From: Bacteroidales bacterium
GTDB taxonomy: Bacteria > Bacteroidota > Bacteroidia > Bacteroidales > JAADGE01
DNA: 64,000 bases
Direction of reading: 5' to 3'
NCBI GenBank assembly: GCA_021648725.1
Contig: JAKISF010000003.1
Coordinates: 65,116 to 129,115 of the forward strand
Below the pieces are notes generated by a model, which was not told the DNA's origin, did no database searches, and worked only from the letters and a program-made list of their open reading frames with translations. A program made the position numbers and the translations under genes. Of the stretch, positions 57,291-64,000 are shown one piece after another. Position 1 is the first letter of the stretch, and every line of letters starts with the position of its first letter.

Positions 57291-58313
57291 ATGGAGTTTT
57301 CAGCTGAACAAATAGCCAATTTATTAAAAGGCAAGGTTGTAGGACAACCCGGCATTAAAGTAAACAACATTTCAAAAATTGAAGAAGGAAAAAAAGGATC
57401 TCTGGCATTTTTAGCAAATCCAAAATACACACCTTATATTTATACAACAAAAGCATCAATTGTACTTGTAAATAAAGATTTTAATCCTGAAAAAGAAGTT
57501 AAAACAACAATGATATTCGTAGATAACGCCTATGAAGCATTTGCTTCATTATTAGAAGTTTATCAAAATTACAAAACCAATAAGTCCGGAATTTCGAAAA
57601 GTGCTGAAATCGAAAAAAGTGCTGAAATCGGCAAAGATGTCTATTTAGGAGCAAACATTTACATAGGCAAAAATTCAATTATCGGCAATAACACAAAAAT
57701 TTATCCCAATTCTTATATAGGAGATAATGTTATCATAGGAAGCAATACTATAATCTTTGCAGGAACAAATATATATTCCGAAAGCGTAATAGGAAACAAT
57801 TGTACATTTCATTCAGGTACAGTTATCGGTAGTGACGGTTTCGGGTTTGCCCCTCAAACAGAAACAGAATTTAAAAAAGTTCCTCAAATAGGGAATGTTA
57901 TTATTGAAGATAATGTTGAGATAGGTGCAAATACTACCATAGACAGAGCTACAATCGGATCTACAATAATAAGAAAAGGAGTGAAGCTGGATAATTTAGT
58001 TCAAATTGCTCACAATGTAGAAATCGGGAAAAACACAGTAATCGCCTCACAAACAGGAGTTTCGGGATCAACGAAAATCGGAAAAAATTGCATGATCGGC
58101 GGACAAGTCGGATTTGCCGGACACTTGGTTATAGGAAATAATGTTAAAATAGGAGCTCAATCCGGTGTTCACAAAAACATTAAAGACGGAGCAATTATGC
58201 AGGGAACACCTGTTTTAGCTTACAGAAACTGGTACAAAGCAGCAGCAATCATAAAACAATTACCCGAATTAAAACAGCAAGTAGATAAAAACACCAAAAA
58301 TTTGAATAAGTAA
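57291..58313 (+). CDS. lpxD: UDP-3-O-acylglucosamine N-acyltransferase
   Basis: Has the N-terminal LpxD domain (LAFLANPKY), a left-handed beta-helix of hexapeptide repeats, and GFAGH. Confidence 0.9.
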   Translation: MEFSAEQIANLLKGKVVGQPGIKVNNISKIEEGKKGSLAFLANPKYTPYIYTTKASIVLVNKDFNPEKEVKTTMIFVDNAYEAFASLLEVYQNYKTNKSGISKSAEIEKSAEIGKDVYLGANIYIGKNSIIGNNTKIYPNSYIGDNVIIGSNTIIFAGTNIYSESVIGNNCTFHSGTVIGSDGFGFAPQTETEFKKVPQIGNVIIEDNVEIGANTTIDRATIGSTIIRKGVKLDNLVQIAHNVEIGKNTVIASQTGVSGSTKIGKNCMIGGQVGFAGHLVIGNNVKIGAQSGVHKNIKDGAIMQGTPVLAYRNWYKAAAIIKQLPELKQQVDKNTKNLNK

Positions 58314-58323
58314 GAAGAAGAAA

Positions 58324-59718
58324 ATGTCAGAAAAACAAAGAACTATAATAAGAGAAATCAGCTTAAAAGGTACCGGACTACATACCGGAAAAGATGTTAC
58401 TATTACATTTAAACCTGCTCCCGAAAACACGGGATATATTTTCAGAAGAGTAGATTTAGAAAATAAGCCCGAAATTAAAGCTTTGGTTGATTATGTTGTT
58501 GAAACTTCAAGAAGTACGGTATTACAATATAACGGTGCTTCGGTTGCAACCGTTGAACATGTGCTGTCTGCCGTTTACGGAATAGGAATTGATAATATTT
58601 TTATTGAAATTGACGGTCCCGAGATGCCTATTCTTGACGGAAGCTCAATTATGTATGTAAATGTTTTAAAGGAAGTTGGTTTAAAAGAGCAAAATGCCGA
58701 ACGAAAATACTTTGAACTTGACGAATCTATTTCATTAATTGATGAAGTAAAAGACAGCAAAATTCATGCTTATCCTGCCGAAGAATTGAGCCTTAATGTT
58801 ATGATTGACTATAACTCTACAGTGCTCGGCAACCAATATGCTTGCTTAAGTTCTTTATCTGATTATAAAACTGAAATAGCACCTTGTAAAACTTTTGTTT
58901 TTTTAAAAGAACTTGAAATATTATTAAAAAATAATCAAATAAAAGGCGGTGATTTAACAAATGCATTAGTAATTGTAGATAAAGAATTTACACAAAAAGA
59001 ATTTGACAGAATTGCTGATTTATTTCACAAAGACCATCAGGTTTATAACGGACGAGGGGTTTTAAATGAAAAAGATATGGTTTTTTCTAATGATCCCGCA
59101 CGTCATAAACTTTTAGATTTATTAGGCGATATGGCTCTTGCCGGAATGCCGATAAAAGGAAAAATAATTGCCTCAAAACCCGGACATTTTTCAAACATTC
59201 AATTTGTAAAAAAGATAAGAGAGCAAATTAAAAAAAATCAAAAAAAGAATAAAATTCCGAAATATAATCCTGACAATAAACCTGTTTATGACATTAATGG
59301 AATTAAAAATATTCTGCCGCACAGACCTCCGTTTTTATTAGTCGATAAAATAATTGAACTGACAGGAGATTATATTGTAGGTGTTAAGAATGTTACAATG
59401 AACGAACCTTTTTTCTCAGGTCATTTTCCCGACGAACCTGTAATGCCGGGCGTTTTAATTGTAGAAGCAATGGCACAAACAGGAGGAATATTAGTTTTAA
59501 ACTCAGTAGATGACCCTGAAAACTATTTAACATATTTCATGAAAATTGACAAGGTTAGGTTTAAAAAGAAAGTTGTTCCCGGAGATACCCTAATTTTTAA
59601 ATTAGAACTGATTTCCCCGATGCGACGAGGAATTGCAAATATGAAAGCTCAAGCGTTTGTAGGAGAAAATTTAGTAACCGAAGGAGAATTAATGGCACAA
59701 ATAGTAAAAACTAAATAA
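58324..59718 (+). CDS. lpxC-fabZ: bifunctional UDP-3-O-acyl-GlcNAc deacetylase / 3-hydroxyacyl-ACP dehydratase
   Basis: The LpxC part has GTGLHTG and VEHVLSA. The FabZ part has LPHRPPFLLVDKI and FFSGHFP..PVMPGVL. Confidence 0.9.
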   Translation: MSEKQRTIIREISLKGTGLHTGKDVTITFKPAPENTGYIFRRVDLENKPEIKALVDYVVETSRSTVLQYNGASVATVEHVLSAVYGIGIDNIFIEIDGPEMPILDGSSIMYVNVLKEVGLKEQNAERKYFELDESISLIDEVKDSKIHAYPAEELSLNVMIDYNSTVLGNQYACLSSLSDYKTEIAPCKTFVFLKELEILLKNNQIKGGDLTNALVIVDKEFTQKEFDRIADLFHKDHQVYNGRGVLNEKDMVFSNDPARHKLLDLLGDMALAGMPIKGKIIASKPGHFSNIQFVKKIREQIKKNQKKNKIPKYNPDNKPVYDINGIKNILPHRPPFLLVDKIIELTGDYIVGVKNVTMNEPFFSGHFPDEPVMPGVLIVEAMAQTGGILVLNSVDDPENYLTYFMKIDKVRFKKKVVPGDTLIFKLELISPMRRGIANMKAQAFVGENLVTEGELMAQIVKTK

Positions 59719-59756
59719 AAAATAAATCATATACTTGCGAAATTAAAAAAAAACAA

Positions 59757-60533
59757 ATGATAAGTCCTTTAGCAAATATTCATCCGAATGCAAAAATTGC
59801 AGAAAGTACAAACATTGAAGCTTTTGTTACAATAAAAGAAGATGTTGTAATAGGAGAAAGGACTCATATTCAGGCAAATGCCGTTATTATGGACGGTGCA
59901 CGAATAGGTAGTGATGTAGTAATTTTCCCCGGTGCCGTTATTTCGGCAATACCGCAAGATTTAAAGTATGCAGGCGAAAAAACATTAGTTGAAATAGGTA
60001 ACGGAACGATTATAAGAGAATTTGTAACCGTAAATAAAGGAACTGCTGCAAAAATGAAAACCGTTATCGGTCAAAAATGCTTAATAATGGCATATTCTCA
60101 TGTTGCACATGATTGTGTTTTAGGAGATAATATAATTTTGGCAAATGGTGTTCAATTAGCCGGAGAAGTTGAAGTTGATGATTTTGCAATTCTCGGAGGA
60201 GGAACATTAGTACATCAATTTACCAGAATAGGAGAACACGTTATGACCCAAGGCGGATTATTATTAGGTAAAGATATTCCGCCTTATGTTAAAGCAGCAC
60301 GAGAACCTGCGTCATTTGCCGGCTTAAATTCTATCGGTTTGAGAAGACGAGGATTCTCAGGCGAGGTAATCAACTCAATTCAAGACATATACAGAATTAT
60401 ATTCAACAGCGGTCTTAACTATAAAGATGCTATTAAAAAGCTTGAAACAGATATTAAAGATTCAGAAGAAAAAACTTTGATATTAGGCTTTATAAAAAAA
60501 TCTAAGCGAGGTTTAATTACGGGATACTCCTAA
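59757..60533 (+). CDS. lpxA: acyl-ACP--UDP-GlcNAc O-acyltransferase
   Basis: Hexapeptide-repeat beta-helix followed by a helical C-domain. Located after lpxC-fabZ. Confidence 0.9.
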   Translation: MISPLANIHPNAKIAESTNIEAFVTIKEDVVIGERTHIQANAVIMDGARIGSDVVIFPGAVISAIPQDLKYAGEKTLVEIGNGTIIREFVTVNKGTAAKMKTVIGQKCLIMAYSHVAHDCVLGDNIILANGVQLAGEVEVDDFAILGGGTLVHQFTRIGEHVMTQGGLLLGKDIPPYVKAAREPASFAGLNSIGLRRRGFSGEVINSIQDIYRIIFNSGLNYKDAIKKLETDIKDSEEKTLILGFIKKSKRGLITGYS

Positions 60534-60545
60534 GAACCTATTATT

Positions 60546-60580
60546 ATATTTATAAAAAAAGGCAACTTTTCGTTGCCTTT
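60546..60580. repeat. 35-bp target-site duplication, left copy (contains a terminator hairpin)
   Basis: ATATTTATAAAAAAAGGCAACTTTTCGTTGCCTTT is identical to 62475-62509. Confidence 0.85.
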
Positions 60581-62474
60581 CCTGACTTCGCACACTAAGC
60601 ACCACGTAAAAAACATAAACACCTGACAATTAGCCGATTATATTTTTTATTTTAACTTATCGGGGTGTAGTGCCTAATTTTATTTATATTTGGTGGTTTG
60701 AAAATAATGATTATCTTTGCAACATGTTTGTAAGAAGAAAAACAAGTAAAAATTCGCCTAAAATTGCGATTCAATTAGTTGAAAATATAAGGGACGGCAA
60801 AAAGGTTAAACAGAAGATTATCAGGCATTTCGGCACTGCATTGGACGAGCGGGAGGCAAAAATATTAACGCAGCTTGCACTCGTTTATAAAGACAGGCTG
60901 CAATCGCAATCATCTCAGATACAGTTGTTTGAGAAAAGCATTTTTGATACGATAGAAAAAATAGTTGAGAGTTCTCAAGCAAAACAGCCCGAAAGATTGG
61001 ATGTTAATTTACGAAATATTGTAGAAGAAAAAAGAATAACAACCGGAATTCATCAAGTATTTGGGAAAATATTTGATAATGTCGGGTTTATGGAAGTACT
61101 GAAAACGCCTTCAAATAAAAAATCATCCGTTCGTTTATTGAAAAATATTGTCATAGGACGCATTGCAGAACCGGCAAGCAAACGCTCAACAGCAAGATTA
61201 TTATCAGAAGAATATGGAGTAAAAACACAGCTCACTTCTATTTACAGAATGATGGATTTTATTGATGATAAGGCAATTGAAAAGATTCAGCACAAAACAT
61301 ATTCTTACACAAAACAATTAAAAGGCGAAGAGTTAGATGTTGTTTTTTATGATTGCACCGGTCTTTATTTTGAAAGTTTTCAGCAAGACGGACTGATGCA
61401 AAATGGTTACAGCAAAGACGGCAAATTTAATCAAGCACAAATTATTCTTTCAATTTTGGTAACAAAACAAGGCTTACCGGTCGGTTATCAGGTGTATTCG
61501 GGCAATACCTTTGAGGGCAACACATTGGAAGATGCCGTTAATTTGATAAAAGAAAAGTATAAAATAAATGAAGTCATATTTGTTGCAGATTCGGGTCTTA
61601 TCAGTCATAAAAACATTCAAGAGCTTCATACTAATGATGTTTCGTTTATTATGGGTGCAAGGATAAAAAACCAAAACAGAAAAATTACAACACAAATTCT
61701 TGATAAATCAGATTATAAATTAATAAATAATAAGCAACATGAAACAGGACTTAAATTTAAGCAAATATCAATAAATGAGAATTTTACGATGACAGTAACA
61801 TACAGTCCGAAACGTGCCGAAAAAGATAAATATGACAGGGAGGCAGCTATTGAAAAATTAAAACAGAAATTAAAAAAATCAAAAAATCCCAAGGGTTTAC
61901 TGAGTAATTTTGGATATAAAAAATTTCTGAAAGTAGAAGGTAATGCCAATTTAGAAATAGATGAGCAGAAATTGGAAGATGCCCAAAAATGGGACGGACT
62001 GAAAGGTATTGTAAGCAATACTAAAAATTTAAGTCCTTTGCAACAAATCACGCATTATGCGGGACTTTGGCAAGTCGAAGAAACATTTAGAATAAGCAAA
62101 CATGATGTAAAAATGCGTCCTATTTATCATTGGACAGACAAGCGAATAAAGGCACATATTGCCATTTGTTTTATGGCTTTATCTTGCATGCGATTTGCTG
62201 AGTATGAGGTTGCTGCAAGATATAAGAAAATTAGTCCGTCAGAAATAAGAAGACAACTTAAACAGGTTCAAACATCAATATTAAAAGACAAATCAACTAA
62301 CAAATTATATGCCCTGCCTTCAAAAATTCAGGAAGATGCTTACAAAATTTTACGGCTTTATGACATAAAACACATCACAACACCCTACGAAATAATATAG
62401 CAAATGTAGTGCCTAATAAAAATGGTACTGCTATGAGAACCAGCGGTTTGGTTTAAAAAATGTGCGAAGTCAGG
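60581..62474 (+). mobile_element. IS1634-like (IS4-superfamily) insertion sequence, 1894 bp
   Basis: 14-bp perfect terminal inverted repeats: CCTGACTTCGCACA (60581-60594) and TGTGCGAAGTCAGG (62461-62474). Contains a single DDE transposase ORF and is flanked by a 35-bp direct repeat. Confidence 0.85.
60724..62400 (+). CDS. IS1634-family DDE transposase
   Basis: The N-terminus MFVRRKTSKNSPKIAIQLVEN...IIRHFGTA is typical of IS1634-family transposases. The start was trimmed from the track GTG (60670). Confidence 0.8.
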   Translation: MFVRRKTSKNSPKIAIQLVENIRDGKKVKQKIIRHFGTALDEREAKILTQLALVYKDRLQSQSSQIQLFEKSIFDTIEKIVESSQAKQPERLDVNLRNIVEEKRITTGIHQVFGKIFDNVGFMEVLKTPSNKKSSVRLLKNIVIGRIAEPASKRSTARLLSEEYGVKTQLTSIYRMMDFIDDKAIEKIQHKTYSYTKQLKGEELDVVFYDCTGLYFESFQQDGLMQNGYSKDGKFNQAQIILSILVTKQGLPVGYQVYSGNTFEGNTLEDAVNLIKEKYKINEVIFVADSGLISHKNIQELHTNDVSFIMGARIKNQNRKITTQILDKSDYKLINNKQHETGLKFKQISINENFTMTVTYSPKRAEKDKYDREAAIEKLKQKLKKSKNPKGLLSNFGYKKFLKVEGNANLEIDEQKLEDAQKWDGLKGIVSNTKNLSPLQQITHYAGLWQVEETFRISKHDVKMRPIYHWTDKRIKAHIAICFMALSCMRFAEYEVAARYKKISPSEIRRQLKQVQTSILKDKSTNKLYALPSKIQEDAYKILRLYDIKHITTPYEII

Positions 62475-62509
62475 ATATTTATAAAAAAAGGCAACTTTTC
62501 GTTGCCTTT
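62475..62509. repeat. 35-bp target-site duplication, right copy (terminator hairpin with intact T-tract)
   Basis: Identical to 60546-60580. Here the GGCAAC/GTTGCC hairpin is followed by a run of nine T. Confidence 0.85.
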
Positions 62510-62511
62510 TT

Positions 62512-63168
62512 TTATAAACTCATTTCCGGAATATCACCTTCAACTATTAACCTGCCTTCTGTTGCATTCTTAATATCTTCAACACTTACGCCGGGAGCTC
62601 TTTCTAACAATTTAAATCCGCCGCCGACAACAACCTCAAGCAAAGCTAAATCCGTTACAATTTTTTTAACACAAGAAACTCCTGTTAAAGGCAATGTACA
62701 GGCTTTTTTCAACTTTGAATTTCCGTTTCTGTCAGTATGTGTGGTTGCAACAATAATATTTTTTGCCGAAGCAACTAAATCCATTGCCCCTCCCATTCCT
62801 TTTACTAATTTTCCGGGTATTTTCCAGCTTGCAATATCTCCGGTTTCAGATACTTCAAAGGCTCCTAAAACAGTTAAATCTATGTGTCCGCCTCTTATCA
62901 TTGCAAAACTTGTTGCTGAATCAAAAAATGAAGAACCTTGCATTGCGGTTACAGTTTGTTTTCCGGCATTTATTAAATCAGCATCTGCTTTTCCTTTTTC
63001 AGGAAAAGCACCGATACCCAACAAACCGTTTTCCGATTGCAAAATCACGTCAATTCCTTGCGGAATATAATTTGCAACCAATGTCGGAATTCCTATTCCG
63101 AGGTTTACATAATAACCGTCTTTTAATTCTTGTGCTATTCGTTTTGCTATTCCGTTTTTATCTAATGC
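62512..63168 (-). CDS. scoB: 3-oxoacid/acetate CoA-transferase subunit B
   Basis: The catalytic motif is SENG (LQSENGLLG). The start was trimmed to MALDKNGIAKRIA to remove the overlap with subunit A. Confidence 0.85.
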   Translation of the reverse strand, partial: ALDKNGIAKRIAQELKDGYYVNLGIGIPTLVANYIPQGIDVILQSENGLLGIGAFPEKGKADADLINAGKQTVTAMQGSSFFDSATSFAMIRGGHIDLTVLGAFEVSETGDIASWKIPGKLVKGMGGAMDLVASAKNIIVATTHTDRNGNSKLKKACTLPLTGVSCVKKIVTDLALLEVVVGGGFKLLERAPGVSVEDIKNATEGRLIVEGDIPEMSL

Positions 63169-63178
63169 CATAATATTT

Positions 63179-63880
63179 TTATAAAGTTGTTTCAAATTCA
63201 ATTCGTTTTTCATAATCTGTCCCTTGAAAAATTCTTTGAACGAAAATTCCGGATGTATGTATTTCATTCGGATTTAACTCGCCGACAGGAACTAATTCTT
63301 CAACTTCGGCAATTGTAATCCTTCCTGCGGTTGCCATCATATTATTAAAATTATTTGCTGTGTTATTATAAATCAGATTTCCGGCAGAATCACCGTATTT
63401 TGCTTTTACTATTGCAAAATCAGCAGTCAATCCGAACTCTAATAAATGCATTTTCCCGTTAAATTCTCGAACTTCCTTTCCTTCGGCTACTTCAGTTCCG
63501 TAACCTGCCGGAACATAAAATGCAGGGATACCGGCACCCCCTGCTCTTATTCTTTCAGCTAAAGTTCCTTGCGGAACAAGGTCAACTTCCAGTTCTCCGC
63601 TTAAAAATTGCCTCTCAAATTCTTTATTCTCTCCCACATAAGATGCAATCATTTTTTTCAACTGTTTATCTCTTAACAAAACACCTAAACCGAAATCATC
63701 CACGCCTGCATTATTAGAAATACACGTCAGATTTTTTATCTTAACTCGTGCAAGTTCTTTTAAAACATTTTCAGGTATTCCGCAAAGACCAAATCCTCCG
63801 AGCATTATTGTCATACCGTTTTTTATTCCGGTTATTGCTTCTTCTGCATTTTTTACAACTTTATTCATTTTTTTATACAT
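63179..63880 (-). CDS. scoA: 3-oxoacid/acetate CoA-transferase subunit A
   Basis: Motifs [10 protein letters not shown] and [21 protein letters not shown]. Confidence 0.85.
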   Translation of the reverse strand: MYKKMNKVVKNAEEAITGIKNGMTIMLGGFGLCGIPENVLKELARVKIKNLTCISNNAGVDDFGLGVLLRDKQLKKMIASYVGENKEFERQFLSGELEVDLVPQGTLAERIRAGGAGIPAFYVPAGYGTEVAEGKEVREFNGKMHLLEFGLTADFAIVKAKYGDSAGNLIYNNTANNFNNMMATAGRITIAEVEELVPVGELNPNEIHTSGIFVQRIFQGTDYEKRIEFETTL

Positions 63881-64000
63881 TAAAAAGTTTCTGAATCATT
63901 ATGTCCTTCAAAAAAAGCATTTTCGCCTTCCCTTTCTTGCATATATTCTCCGCAATCAAGAATAACACCGTCATATAACGCAGGTTCTTTAAAAGGTTCT
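63880..64000 (-). CDS. 3' end of an unidentified gene (truncated by the window edge)
   Basis: The reverse strand reads ...[38 protein letters not shown]-stop. Its TAA overlaps the scoA ATG by 1 nt (TAATG). The product was not recognised. Confidence 0.4.
   Translation of the reverse strand, partial: EPFKEPALYDGVILDCGEYMQEREGENAFFEGHNDSETF

Noticed and set aside
58324-59718. LpxC-FabZ fusion protein.
   Set aside because: It looks unusual relative to E. coli but is the standard arrangement in Bacteroidota, so it is not novel.
60665-62417. 13-bp direct repeat TGTAGTGCCTAAT just inside both ends of the IS (60666-60678 and 62405-62417).
   Set aside because: Its position is suggestive of subterminal transposase-binding sites. 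However, the two copies are in direct rather than inverted orientation, and 13-mer matches are expected by chance in 64 kb of AT-rich DNA. The evidence is insufficient on its own.

Overview
This window is a visibly AT-rich chromosomal segment that looks like Bacteroidota. The evidence is TAnnTTTG-type -7 promoter boxes, absence of Shine-Dalgarno sequences, an LpxC-FabZ fusion, CarboxypepD_reg-type TonB-dependent receptors and a DUF4270/short glycogen-synthase/panC neighbourhood. About 60 protein genes are supportable and most are housekeeping. They include an S41 peptidase, sdaA, a cold-shock protein, PBP4, comF, tatD, ansA, exbB/exbD, dprA, a futalosine-pathway radical SAM enzyme, ddl, tdk, glmS, panC, lpxD/lpxC-fabZ/lpxA and CoA-transferase A/B. 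There is also one tRNA-Ser(GGA) and one TPP riboswitch in front of a TonB-dependent receptor. I see no CRISPR array, rRNA, prophage or recognisable defence island. The unusual content lies between about 33.5 and 48.9 kb and at 60.5-62.5 kb. (1) A co-oriented cluster joins AllFGH-like genes (DUF2877/FdrA/DUF1116) to a methyltransferase, a cyclase-family hydrolase and a three-subunit molybdo-hydroxylase. (2) That hydroxylase operon is split by a RAYT-like HUH transposase gene, which is bracketed by a duplicated two-hairpin module. (3) A 244-bp highly structured element with 20-bp terminal inverted repeats has a 5'-truncated second copy, and together they bracket a START-domain and bestrophin-like gene pair. 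(4) An IS1634-like insertion sequence carries a 35-bp target duplication that copies a terminator. A bicistronic pair at 14.2-16.7 kb is a further candidate of unknown function: a YbjN-like protein followed by a cytoplasmic trypsin-like protease with a Zn-ribbon and a YbjN-like domain. All functional calls rest on motif recognition by eye. No database search was possible.
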